Virus record (IMG/VR): IMGVR_UViG_3300040733_000035
DNA: 64,000 bases
Direction: 5' to 3' (one strand)
Source: an uncultured virus (IMG/VR IMGVR_UViG_3300040733_000035)
Taxonomy: Duplodnaviria > Heunggongvirae > Uroviricota > Caudoviricetes
Below the pieces are notes generated by a model that ran no database searches, was not told the origin of the DNA, and worked only from the letters and a program-made list of their open reading frames with translations. A program made the position numbers and the translations under genes. Positions 1-9,432 of this stretch are shown piece by piece (the first letter of the stretch is position 1; every line of letters starts with the position of its first letter).

Positions 1-2
1 TG

Positions 3-653
3 TGGGCGTGTACGGGATCAGGTTGTGTTGCTATGGAAGGAAGCGGTGGAGGCGGTGGGGGCGGTGGAGGCGGCGGGGGTGGAGGATACCAAAGAGCAAC
101 ATACAATGAAGAAACGGAAAATATATTGTATGTAGAATGCAACGTGGAGACAGCCGAAGTATGGAACAAAGACACAGGACTAAAGATAGGAGATGTGAAC
201 ACATCAATAACACTGAAAAAAGGAAAATATACTATACAAGTGAAAGCGAATGGGTATAAATCACGCGAAACTGTAATAGAAATGGGATCATACCCAATAT
301 CAAAGACAATAAATCTAACAGCAATAGGTCCGAGCATATCAACATTCATCAACGGAATAGGAGGAATACAAAATCTAACCAAAACAAAATTCCTATACCT
401 ATTCTGTGTGTGGAAAATGCGAATAACATCATTGTATGCTTGGAAACAATTTGCTGAAACCATAGATACTATAGACGCAAAAGCATTCCCAACACTAATA
501 ACAGCAGATGATGTATTGTATATTTATTATCTGGTAAACAGGGATGTGTCATCGGCACAGGCATTAGTAGACAACGGAAAAGTAACGTTGTTAGATTCAA
601 CTGGAAGCAATGATAGAGAACAAATAACAACTGTGCCAATCGGAGGTGGATAA
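3..653 (+). CDS. PEGA-domain protein with poly-Gly linker, 5'-truncated; putative virion/surface protein
   Basis: Frame is open from the window start (WACTGSGCVAM...). Gly run, then PEGA-like TSITLKKGKYTIQVKANGYKS. Confidence 0.65.
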   Translation, partial: WACTGSGCVAMEGSGGGGGGGGGGGGGGYQRATYNEETENILYVECNVETAEVWNKDTGLKIGDVNTSITLKKGKYTIQVKANGYKSRETVIEMGSYPISKTINLTAIGPSISTFINGIGGIQNLTKTKFLYLFCVWKMRITSLYAWKQFAETIDTIDAKAFPTLITADDVLYIYYLVNRDVSSAQALVDNGKVTLLDSTGSNDREQITTVPIGGG

Positions 654-655
654 GA

Positions 656-1399
656 ATGGCGATACTAGAAACAAGGAAAAAAACACTAGCAGAGGCGTTT
701 GGGACGGATGGATGTATAAACAGCACTAGCTGGATGGCAGCGACGTTGCAGGATATAAATGGAGTATTTAGAATATATCCAGACGACATAATTTTTTTGT
801 ACAACGGAGATTACTGCATAGAAAAGGACGAAACGCCTACGAAAGTGATAATAAGAGAATACAACGGAGTAAGCGCAGACATAACAGTAAACGGAGAACT
901 CATAGGAACAACAAATACATTCATAGAAATTGAACCAGGAGATTACAATGGAATAGTGTCAAAGGATGGATACACATCACAAGAAATAGCATTCATCGTG
1001 ACAAAAGGAAAAACAAATGAGTATAAATATGTGACATTGGTGAAAGATACACAACCAACAGAAGAAGAAAACGAGTACGAAACACCAGTTGGATTTGGAG
1101 CAATAATCACGCCAACGATGAGAATAATACAAGGACAACCACCAAAGATAGAAATTGGAAAATATATATGGTTTGGATGGGAATTTAAAAACACAGGAGA
1201 CGCAGATTGGAAAGGGAAAGTTGGAGTAAAGTTAGTGGATTCCAATGGGAACATATTTCAGTACCCAGGAGATGAAACAAAACTACAAACAATAAAGGCG
1301 GGTGAAATAAAAACACTCTGGTCATATTGTATGATAGAGAACACAATAACACCAGACGAAAATACAAAAGTATTCGCATTATTAACAAAAACGAATTAA
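656..1399 (+). CDS. PEGA domain plus C-terminal Ig-like (CARDB-like) domain protein
   Basis: ADITVNGELIGTT...IEPGDYNGIVSKDGY (PEGA-like); FGWEFKNTGDADWKG (Ig-like). Confidence 0.65.
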   Translation: MAILETRKKTLAEAFGTDGCINSTSWMAATLQDINGVFRIYPDDIIFLYNGDYCIEKDETPTKVIIREYNGVSADITVNGELIGTTNTFIEIEPGDYNGIVSKDGYTSQEIAFIVTKGKTNEYKYVTLVKDTQPTEEENEYETPVGFGAIITPTMRIIQGQPPKIEIGKYIWFGWEFKNTGDADWKGKVGVKLVDSNGNIFQYPGDETKLQTIKAGEIKTLWSYCMIENTITPDENTKVFALLTKTN

Positions 1400-1463
1400 A
1401 AAGAGATGAGGGAGGCGCCGGTAGCGAAGGATAACCACCGGCAACTACTTGGGGAACAATGTT

Positions 1464-1520
1464 CTAACAATACTGACACCATCCATTCGTGGGAAGAATG
1501 CACAATGGACAACACAACAT
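1464..1520 (-). CDS. candidate 18-aa Cys-rich microprotein MLCCPLCILPTNGWCQYC
   Basis: Manual translation. CxxC-x7-CxxC. Followed on the - strand by a hairpin (1417-1442) and a T-run. Confidence 0.25.
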   Translation of the reverse strand: MLCCPLCILPTNGWCQYC

Positions 1521-1609
1521 TATACGTCCAAGAATAAATAATTATCTATGAAGAAGGAAGAAATTGATAAGGCGACAAGTTTATTAATACGTATCACTGA
1601 TAAGTTTTT

Positions 1610-1975
1610 ATGAAAAAAATAGATCGGCGAACTAAACACGACATCAAAATGGACATCTTGAAAACACTACTAAACGCTGAAAACGATGGATCGGAACTAA
1701 AGAGAACACCACTGCAACAACGATGCGGAGTGAACTACACTGTGATAGTAGAATATACAGATCGACTGGAAAAGAACGGATTGATAAAAAGAGATTCACA
1801 TGGATTTTACACACTGACATCGAGTGGAAAAGAATACGCAAACCAAGCAAACATGAGTGAAAGTGACAAAACCGAAGTAATAAAAACTACAAAAGAATTA
1901 ATGAACATGATACACAGTCAAGAAGGAGATCCATTACATGAAACACTACAGAAACTGAGAAAACTGTTGGAGTGA
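1610..1975 (+). CDS. archaeal winged-helix transcriptional regulator
   Basis: RRTKHDIKMDILK...TPLQQRCGVNY...YTDRLEKNGLI...YTLTSSGKE matches the archaeal wHTH pattern. Confidence 0.8.
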   Translation: MKKIDRRTKHDIKMDILKTLLNAENDGSELKRTPLQQRCGVNYTVIVEYTDRLEKNGLIKRDSHGFYTLTSSGKEYANQANMSESDKTEVIKTTKELMNMIHSQEGDPLHETLQKLRKLLE

Positions 1976-2640
1976 CGAAAATGGGACAAGAACTGAGGGA
2001 CACGGAAGGAAATTATCTAATAAACGGGAAAAAACATAGATCAATAACAACTATAATACACGAAGAATGCCCACGAATGGCACTCGACGCCTGGAAAGAA
2101 AGAACACCAGACTGGCCAACAAAAACAAGGCACGCACAGATATATGGAACATTTATGCACATGCAATTGCAGGCATTGACTTCAAGAATACCACTAGACG
2201 TACCGAGCTACCTTCCAATGGACACATGGCCTGATGATATCGCAGAAGAACTAGAAGGGAGAATGGAACAATGGAAATCACTTGGGCTAGTCTTAGAAGA
2301 CCCAGAACTACAAGAACACACAACAGTGATAGACCTACCGGGAGTCGCCGCTGCAGGAACATGGGATAGATGGGGGAAAATCGATGGAATGATGACAATG
2401 TTAGACTGGAAGAGTTCAGCAAGACCACAAAAATCACATAAAATTCAACTTGGCGCATATTACATCGGGGCATTGATGGAAGGAATTGAAGTTGAATGGG
2501 GAATAATCGCATACGTGCGAAGAAAAAACGCAGAACTAGTCGAAATGACACAACAAGAAATGGAAGACGCCGGAGAAAAATTTTTGGAACTTGCCAGAAG
2601 GTCTTATACGAAGATAAATGGGAAGCAAAAGAGCTTTTAA
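1972..2640 (+). CDS. PD-(D/E)XK exonuclease (RecB/Cas4-like, phage type)
   Basis: SITTI, GTFMH, AGTWD...MLDWKSS...QLGAY motifs. No Cas4 Fe-S cysteine set. Confidence 0.8.
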   Translation: MTKMGQELRDTEGNYLINGKKHRSITTIIHEECPRMALDAWKERTPDWPTKTRHAQIYGTFMHMQLQALTSRIPLDVPSYLPMDTWPDDIAEELEGRMEQWKSLGLVLEDPELQEHTTVIDLPGVAAAGTWDRWGKIDGMMTMLDWKSSARPQKSHKIQLGAYYIGALMEGIEVEWGIIAYVRRKNAELVEMTQQEMEDAGEKFLELARRSYTKINGKQKSF

Positions 2641-2731
2641 GAATAGACGTTATAGTAGTCGTTTTGATGGCTAAAGAAATTAACGCACCCGATGCCTGGC
2701 AGCATCGGGACAGCACAACGGAGATTTAAAT

Positions 2732-5707
2732 ATGCGCAATAAAGATAACGAGTCCAAGGTATTTAAAAATAACGGTAAAATTACAATACCAAAGCAACTA
2801 AGAGAATATGAAGGCGCAAGATTCATTTTAATAGACAGATTGATAGGAAAAGGAAAAAAACCAAAACAGAAGAAATGGACAACCGAGAAAAACTACTCAG
2901 CAAATGATCCGATTCTGACTGGTTACATTAGAGGAGGAGGAAACTATGGAATAGCAACCGGATTTGGATGGCTACACTGTTTTGATGCAGATGAAGTGAA
3001 AAGGCTGAGAGAATTGTGTATTCTAGACAAACTGCCAAAAACACTGACAATAGAAACAGGTGGAAAAGGAGATTATGGGGAAGAACTTGGAAGACATTAC
3101 TGGTACATGATTGAAGGACTTAGAAAAAGAATAACATTTTACGACCCAGAACTAAAAGACAAAGACAACGACACCGAATTTCTGCACTTAGGAGAAGTGC
3201 AGTCGATGGGAAACTATGCGATAGGACCAAACAGTTTACACTACTCAGGAAAAAGATACAAAATAATAGACAATTCACCAATAGCAAAATTATCATATCA
3301 AGAATTGATAGAAATATTAAAACCACTGAGAACAAAGAAAAAAGATGACAGACCAACCGGAGTAACGAGAGAAGGAAAAATATGCAATCTACAAGATGAC
3401 ATCGACATAAGCAAAATAGGATGGCCACGCGGGAACGTGGAAAAACTTAGCGATGGAAATTACAGAGGAACACACCCATTTCACGATTCAAAAAACGGAA
3501 GGAATTTTTCAATCCACCCCAGCAAAGGAGTGTGGTATTGTTTCAAACACGACTCTGGAGGTGGGTGGAAAGAACTTCTGGCTGTGAAAGAAGGAATAAT
3601 ATCATGTGAACATGCCGGAAAGGGGTGTTTATCGAGACAACAAACCCGAGAAGTAATGCAAAAAGCAGAACAGATGGGTTTGCTGGAAGAAAAAGAAACA
3701 ATTGATGCACCAATCGCCGAGATTGAACTTGATAGAGAAATCGTAGACAAAATACCACGGAAAATACCAAACGGAGATCTAGTTGTACTGATGGCACCAC
3801 CAAGGACAGGAAAAACTCACACAGTGGTGCAATGGCTGGCTGACAATGGTTCAGGAAATTACATCACACACACACATGCAATAGTAGAACACGCAATTAA
3901 AATCGCAAAAGAATTAAGGATGAAAGGCGGCGTGTGGGTAATAGGAATGAATCAAAAAGATGCATGCGTGCGACATGGAGAAAGAAGATGTGCAGAATGT
4001 CCATTGAAGCATGGACCAGAAAACCATTTACAAATGAAAAAAGAAGCAACGGAATTGTTGAAAGAGCATGGAATATTGACAGCAAAAGACATTCCACGCA
4101 ACTTGTGTCCATACTACACACTAAAAATTGCTGAGGAGAGCGCGCGGTATTGTTTCACCGTGGTAAATAACATAAATAACATAATGCCAAGAAACTTAAC
4201 AATATTGGACGAAGAACCAGTTTTGTCACATTTTTATGCGACTTCAATGAAAATAGGAACAATAAAAATGCGAGCGGGAGAAACATCAACCAAAAACTTC
4301 ATAGCAAAATCAATGGATTTGCAAAACGAATTGGATAGAATATTAAATCACAGGAAAAAACCGGCTCTACACGAATACGCACTAAAAATACAAGAAATAT
4401 CGAGAATGTGGGACCACTGCGTTGATGACGGAATCGATATAAAGGACATAGCAAGCGAAATAGAAGATCTGCTGATAGATTTTAACCCGAAACACAGAGA
4501 AGTGAAAATAGAAGGAGAAACGAGCGACGGTGACGAGTTGTCACTAGAAACGTGTGTGCGGTGCCTGGGAAAACTATACAGAGATGAAAAAAATCCAACC
4601 GTGGCTATATGCAACGAACCCGGTGGATACCGGTCATTGTACATATTAGGAGACGAACGAAAAACAAGTTGCTCAATGGGATGGAAAGAAAAAACTAAAA
4701 AGATAATTGTAATCGGAGCAACGAAGGCTGAGATTTTCGCAAACGAGTTTGGTGGAAGAGAAATCATAATAGAAAAATTCAGGTACGACGACAGGTTCTT
4801 AGTTCTGGGAGTAGACAAACCAAACATCGGGGATGCAAGGGGAACACGACAGGCCCAAAAGAAAAAGATAATGGAAATCGGAAAAACAATATGGAACAAT
4901 TCGGAAGAAAACCGCAGAATGCCTTTCATGATACTAACAGGATCAAAAAAAGAACAAGAAAAGATAGGGAAATATATAAGTGGAGCGACATTAACACGAA
5001 AAGAACGCGAATCTGGAATGGAATCGGAGTATATATCAGGAAAACCAGTAGTATTTTTCCAGAACTCGGTGATATCGAGAGGACTGGATGTAGATCAATA
5101 CAATCTGCTTTTAGTGTATGGATGCAATTTCGCACAACCTTTCTGGTCGGTGGCCAATCCGGGGATCGCTGCGGCAATAATTTCAGACGAGACAACCAAC
5201 TCAGTGCTACGGATTTCATCGACTTTGAGGACAGATAATCACTCGTTTAAGCTAGTTATAATGCAAAAAGACGACATGCATAAAGTAAAGTATCTAAAGA
5301 ATTTTTTGATAAGAAGTGACGAGGCAGATTTAATAGCAAAGGGACTTCTGGCTATGCGAGTAGGCGGTTTGATAAAAAAAGATGGTAGAAATGTATTACA
5401 GGTAGTACAAAAAGGGATAAATTTCGAGACGGGGAAGGACAATCTACTAAAAACGATGTCAGAAATAGACGAGGTTTTTGACGAGAAAGAAACCGAATCG
5501 ATGATGGCCGCCATTGTGAAACTTTTTGAGACCAAGCGAAAAGCAGGAATTAAGGTACTAAACAGCACGAAAGTCTACAAGGCGATGAAAAACGCAAGCA
5601 GCGAGCAATTAGTAAGAGCCGCGTTACAAGAGTTGCATTTCAAGAAGATCTTGGTAATGGAAACACATGGAAAAGCGAAAAAATGGTCTTTGAGTCGAAT
5701 TCATTGA
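2732..5707 (+). CDS. primase-polymerase (Prim-Pol) fused to a Zn-binding domain and a helicase-like ATPase
   Basis: N-term GKKP..W / NYGIATG / CFDAD / T.G...RHYWY / NYAIGPNS.H. Zn-finger HPFHD...WYCFKH. Walker A APPRTGKT, Walker B ILDEE, SF2-like SRGLDVD. Confidence 0.8.
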   Translation: MRNKDNESKVFKNNGKITIPKQLREYEGARFILIDRLIGKGKKPKQKKWTTEKNYSANDPILTGYIRGGGNYGIATGFGWLHCFDADEVKRLRELCILDKLPKTLTIETGGKGDYGEELGRHYWYMIEGLRKRITFYDPELKDKDNDTEFLHLGEVQSMGNYAIGPNSLHYSGKRYKIIDNSPIAKLSYQELIEILKPLRTKKKDDRPTGVTREGKICNLQDDIDISKIGWPRGNVEKLSDGNYRGTHPFHDSKNGRNFSIHPSKGVWYCFKHDSGGGWKELLAVKEGIISCEHAGKGCLSRQQTREVMQKAEQMGLLEEKETIDAPIAEIELDREIVDKIPRKIPNGDLVVLMAPPRTGKTHTVVQWLADNGSGNYITHTHAIVEHAIKIAKELRMKGGVWVIGMNQKDACVRHGERRCAECPLKHGPENHLQMKKEATELLKEHGILTAKDIPRNLCPYYTLKIAEESARYCFTVVNNINNIMPRNLTILDEEPVLSHFYATSMKIGTIKMRAGETSTKNFIAKSMDLQNELDRILNHRKKPALHEYALKIQEISRMWDHCVDDGIDIKDIASEIEDLLIDFNPKHREVKIEGETSDGDELSLETCVRCLGKLYRDEKNPTVAICNEPGGYRSLYILGDERKTSCSMGWKEKTKKIIVIGATKAEIFANEFGGREIIIEKFRYDDRFLVLGVDKPNIGDARGTRQAQKKKIMEIGKTIWNNSEENRRMPFMILTGSKKEQEKIGKYISGATLTRKERESGMESEYISGKPVVFFQNSVISRGLDVDQYNLLLVYGCNFAQPFWSVANPGIAAAIISDETTNSVLRISSTLRTDNHSFKLVIMQKDDMHKVKYLKNFLIRSDEADLIAKGLLAMRVGGLIKKDGRNVLQVVQKGINFETGKDNLLKTMSEIDEVFDEKETESMMAAIVKLFETKRKAGIKVLNSTKVYKAMKNASSEQLVRAALQELHFKKILVMETHGKAKKWSLSRIH

Positions 5708-5788
5708 GGCGTCTAAATTTTAAATTTTCGCCAAAATCTATCACGATTCTTCTGCGCTCCGGCAACTTTTCGCTGTCGGGTGACATTC

Positions 5789-5929
5789 TATGGCGCCGAT
5801 AGCGATTCGATTTTGTGGGGTCGCTTGATGATTATATATTAAACGAATTCGGCAACTTTATGTATATATAAGGATAAATTAGGGCTAAACTGCTATGCAG
5901 CGACCCGTTTTATGGCGCCGATAGCGATT
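5789..5929. repeat. 19-bp direct repeat TATGGCGCCGATAGCGATT x2 (5789-5807, 5911-5929) with nested inverted repeat GGGTCGCT/AGCGACCC
   Basis: Read directly. The copies flank an AT-rich core directly downstream of the primase-helicase. Confidence 0.8.
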
Positions 5930-6041
5930 TCAAAATCCAATCGACTTACTAAAAAATCACCCAAACCATCGCTCCTGTTGCGGAATATGAGGTATGGACC
6001 GGAGGATGAGGTATGGTGAAACACAGTTTTAAATAGATTGT

Positions 6042-6329
6042 ATGATAATCGATGATGCGGTGATAAAAATTCCCACAGAATTAGAGTGCGCAACATGTGA
6101 CGCAAAGAAACCTTTGTGGACAAGTCAACGTGGAATGATATTGGTCGTATTAGCAGTCGCATTAGCATACATGTGGACAGTAGCGATGATTGCAACAGTG
6201 AAATACGAGATGACTGTAGACATGACGACAATAAATGCGATGACTGTTGCAGTAACAGCATTGGCTGGATGGTACTCATATACAAAGGGGAAAGAGACAG
6301 AGAAATTGGCAGAAATTAAACAAAAGTGA
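6042..6329 (+). CDS. small two-TM membrane protein with CxxC (holin-like topology)
   Basis: Two hydrophobic segments, charged C-terminal tail, downstream T-run. Confidence 0.55.
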   Translation: MIIDDAVIKIPTELECATCDAKKPLWTSQRGMILVVLAVALAYMWTVAMIATVKYEMTVDMTTINAMTVAVTALAGWYSYTKGKETEKLAEIKQK

Positions 6330-7066
6330 TATCGCAGTGATAGCATAATTTTTTATTGCGAGAATTTTGTTTTTTGCATTTTTTGTTGTTTTAATTTTTT
6401 ATTTTTTTTTTGTTTTTTGTCGCTGGAAATGTGTTTTTTCGTGGTTGCTATAATAGGGGAGGGGAGAGAGAAAAGAGAAAGAAGAAAGTAAGAAGGAAGA
6501 GAGAGATGTAGATAGGAGAGAAATAGGAGATAAAAGGAGAAGATAGGAGTGTGAAGTGTAGGTGATGAGGTTAGAATAGGAGGAGATAGCATGTGAATGA
6601 TAACGAGCTGCGATGGTTTAGTGAAAACTTGTGAAAAAATGAAGGAGATGAGTTGAGATGAGCAATAATAAAGAGGATTTACTGGACAAACTGTGTGATA
6701 CACTGGTATGGATAGCAATTGTGTTAGTGTTGATCAACGTAGGTAATTTTTTAGTGATTGTAGCAGCATTGGTACGCGCGTTGATTGACTTGCTATAGAT
6801 GAATGCAAAACACCGGATTTCGTGAATTGTAAAGGAGATGTATTTGAGATGAGTGACAGTTGGAACTATGGAGATTGGTTTGTATATGGTGGAATAAGTG
6901 CAGTCATGGCTGAGTATGTACTGATCAGTGTATGTGCAGTTAGAGGAGTGATTTAATATATGGGAAACGTTTTGATGAAATATGTGAAATAATACATTGT
7001 TTGATGTTTGCAGTTTTACTGATAGCGTATGCACTTGAAGTATGTGCGAGGTTGTAGTGAGTTGCC

Positions 7067-7255
7067 ATGAATGCAAAACGCAGAGGACGCAAGAACGCAT
7101 CAAAGCATGCGAATGTTGTGAGATTTAAACGTGCTAAAGGCATGATAAGCCACCGGGAAGCCGAGTTGTCAAGGGTGACGATGGAGTTTAAACCGGAGAA
7201 AAGAGAGGTGGTACACTCGGTTACATTGGTAGACCACGTTAAACGCCCTTTATAG
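7067..7255 (+). CDS. small basic hypothetical protein (may instead be part of a structured RNA)
   Basis: 62-aa ORF that overlaps potential base-paired segments. Confidence 0.3.
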   Translation: MNAKRRGRKNASKHANVVRFKRAKGMISHREAELSRVTMEFKPEKREVVHSVTLVDHVKRPL

Positions 7256-7450
7256 GCCCGTCCAGGCACTCCCTCACAAGAGCGTCCCAACGATCGAAAC
7301 CTGGGACGAAAGTGCCAGGGCTGGCAGATAGGCAGGCATCCTGGGTGGATCATACCCGGGGTGTCAGTGATCAAACCAAGGAACTCCCTGGGGAACGAAA
7401 GGTCGGAAGTGAGAAATCAAGGAGGCGAGTGACCTATAATAGCCACCAGA
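7251..7450 (+). ncRNA. candidate structured non-coding RNA
   Basis: Nested stems GGCACT/AGTGCC and CGTCCCA/TGGGACG, plus a 12-bp stem 7335-7346/7354-7365 with three G-U pairs. GC-rich; T10 run at ~7489-7498. Confidence 0.5.
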
Positions 7451-7539
7451 CCAAAACCGGAAAAACAACCAAAAACTGATAAAATCGCTTTTTTTTTTAA
7501 AAAAAATTAAAAATCAATTCAGAATCAGGAGTGATTAAA

Positions 7540-7644
7540 ATGAGAGCATGGATAGAATGTGATTGTGGATTTAAGGGAACGATGTCAGATTTAACAAGAA
7601 ATGGGAAAAGATCTAAACTTCCACATAATAAAGAACGGAGATGA
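7540..7644 (+). CDS. 34-aa microprotein MRAWIECDCGFKGTMSDL...
   Basis: Manual translation; strong SD AGGAGTGA just upstream. Confidence 0.55.
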   Translation: MRAWIECDCGFKGTMSDLTRNGKRSKLPHNKERR

Positions 7645-7652
7645 ATAAAAAC

Positions 7653-7736
7653 AAACCTCGCCCTTTCTTCAAGCCTTCGGCCTCTGCGGAGGCTTCTGTG
7701 CCTACGGCACACGAAGGCATGAAGAGGGCGAGGTTT
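7653..7736. repeat. branched (T-shaped) palindrome
   Basis: Outer stems AAACCTCGCCCT/AGGGCGAGGTTT, CTTCA/TGAAG and GCCTTCG/CGAAGGC close two inner hairpins, GCCTC-tgcg-GAGGC and TGTGCC-tac-GGCACA. Confidence 0.85.
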
Positions 7737-7829
7737 TAAAAATTTATCAGTTAAGAGAGGAAAAACAAGCCGCACAGAAGCGCGGCGAGATGTCTATTTA
7801 ATTAAATATGTTATAGGAGTGAATTAACC

Positions 7830-8258
7830 ATGTCTAAAAAAACTACAACTACAATGTCGTGGATTCAGAAAATGCAACAAAAATCAGAAGAAACACAGAC
7901 AAAATTCATGGAAAATGGATTATATTTCAACGGAAGACCGGGTGAGACAATCCGGGCAATCTGCCTAGAAGAAGAGATGACAGAAGGTGAAACCAAGAAC
8001 GGATCTCCGATCTGGAAAATCCAAGTAATGAGACTAAGTTCTGGGAAGGAGCAGACACTTAGTGTACTCCAAAGTATCACCAGAGTCACAGATCAGATAG
8101 TGGCGATTGCAATGCAAAACAAAAAATCACTAAAAGAAGTAGTAATCGATGTTAAGTTCATTGCAGGAAAGGGTCAGATGAACTATATCGATACGATTAT
8201 GCCGGTCAACTTAGCAAAGTTGACCGCAACCACTACAGTTGCAAAAGAGGTGATCTGA
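7830..8258 (+). CDS. hypothetical protein, possible OB-fold ssDNA-binding protein
   Basis: SD AGGAGTGA; alternating beta-strand pattern. Fold is a guess. Confidence 0.45.
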   Translation: MSKKTTTTMSWIQKMQQKSEETQTKFMENGLYFNGRPGETIRAICLEEEMTEGETKNGSPIWKIQVMRLSSGKEQTLSVLQSITRVTDQIVAIAMQNKKSLKEVVIDVKFIAGKGQMNYIDTIMPVNLAKLTATTTVAKEVI

Positions 8259-8259
8259 A

Positions 8260-8799
8260 ATGCAAACAACAATTACAAGAACAACTCCAAATTGGATCAA
8301 AAGGGCCCAATCTCTCTCTTTAGCAGCAGAAATCAGACAAGAAGAAGCAAACGTAATGGAGATGGATTCAGAAATCCATGAAGACATCGAAGATGATACA
8401 AAATTCTCCTCGTTGTTCGTCGTACACGACAAACAGCAATGTGAAGACAGAACCCAAAAAGGACTTGACTGGAAAAAATTCACAGAAGAACGAAATTCTT
8501 CAGCAAACACCATCACCGGCAGCGATCTACCGGAAGACCACAAACCAAAATTCGAACCCAAAGACACCGGGAATCAAATGAGAAAACTAAGCACTACTTT
8601 TCTAAGACACTTGGCTATCTGCGACGATAAAAGAGCACAAAGAATCCTCGACGTACGGGATCTCCCTAAGAAACTGGGAGTTGAAATGATTATAAACAAA
8701 GGAGGTATCCTTGCAAACGGAACGCTAAAAATCGAAAGCGGGTGGGCCGGTACAGAAGAAGCAGAATACTACAGAAAATCACTGGGGTTATCGATATGA
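8260..8799 (+). CDS. hypothetical protein
   Basis: SD GAGGTGA; operonic. Confidence 0.6.
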   Translation: MQTTITRTTPNWIKRAQSLSLAAEIRQEEANVMEMDSEIHEDIEDDTKFSSLFVVHDKQQCEDRTQKGLDWKKFTEERNSSANTITGSDLPEDHKPKFEPKDTGNQMRKLSTTFLRHLAICDDKRAQRILDVRDLPKKLGVEMIINKGGILANGTLKIESGWAGTEEAEYYRKSLGLSI

Positions 8800-9134
8800 A
8801 ACGATTAACCATTTTTTTATCTTGTTTAATCATTTGTTTAATCATGACAATGCCAACAAAGACATGCGAGAATACTGAATTAACATGCAAACCATCGATA
8901 GACATATGTATAGACAAACAAAACGACACCACAATAATAAAACACATGACCGGCAAAACGCCGATATCAATAACAGGGTGGGAACTGAAATACGACAACA
9001 AAACAATAAGATTAAAAGGAACACTAAAATATAACGAAAAAATGATAATAAGAACTCCATTCGATAACAGAACAGACCTAAGACCAATGAAATTAACATC
9101 ACCGTTGATGGAAGCGATGATAATGTTCAGATAA
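8796..9134 (+). CDS. secreted or membrane-anchored hypothetical protein
   Basis: ATGA overlap with the upstream gene; MKRLTIFLSCLIICLIM is signal-like. Confidence 0.55.
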   Translation: MKRLTIFLSCLIICLIMTMPTKTCENTELTCKPSIDICIDKQNDTTIIKHMTGKTPISITGWELKYDNKTIRLKGTLKYNEKMIIRTPFDNRTDLRPMKLTSPLMEAMIMFR

Positions 9135-9147
9135 GACAGGACAAGAC

Positions 9148-9432
9148 ATGCCAAATACAAACGAAACAACGAGACTGATACACAGACGAATCGCAGACAT
9201 TGAATTACTAACACAGATGATTACAGAAGAAACAAATGAAGATACAAAAATGGTATGGGAATATCACATAAACCTAGACAAAGAAATTATCGTCAGCCTA
9301 ATAAAAGGAGATCTAAACAAAGCAGACAGCCTAATGAAAGAAATACGTAGATCGACAATAGTATTGGAAAATTATTTAGCAAATAATGAAAAGGAGGACA
9401 AATTGAATGAACCTGATAAATGCAATAGATGA
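9148..9432 (+). CDS. hypothetical helical protein
   Basis: Operonic, typical codon bias. Confidence 0.55.
   Translation: MPNTNETTRLIHRRIADIELLTQMITEETNEDTKMVWEYHINLDKEIIVSLIKGDLNKADSLMKEIRRSTIVLENYLANNEKEDKLNEPDKCNR

Noticed and set aside
1972..2640. Cas4/CRISPR adaptation role
   Set aside because: No Fe-S cysteine set, other cas genes or array.
7265..7316. Hammerhead ribozyme (stem-GAAA-stem with a CUC triplet)
   Set aside because: The CUGANGA core is absent. Kept only as an unassigned structured RNA.
7308..7317. GAAAGTGCCA resembling an RNase P RNA segment
   Set aside because: No GAGGAAAGUCC/P4 elements nearby.
6353..7374. - strand ORFs 6353-6718, 6618-7103 and 6940-7374
   Set aside because: Low-complexity translations, mutually overlapping, no evident SD or motifs.
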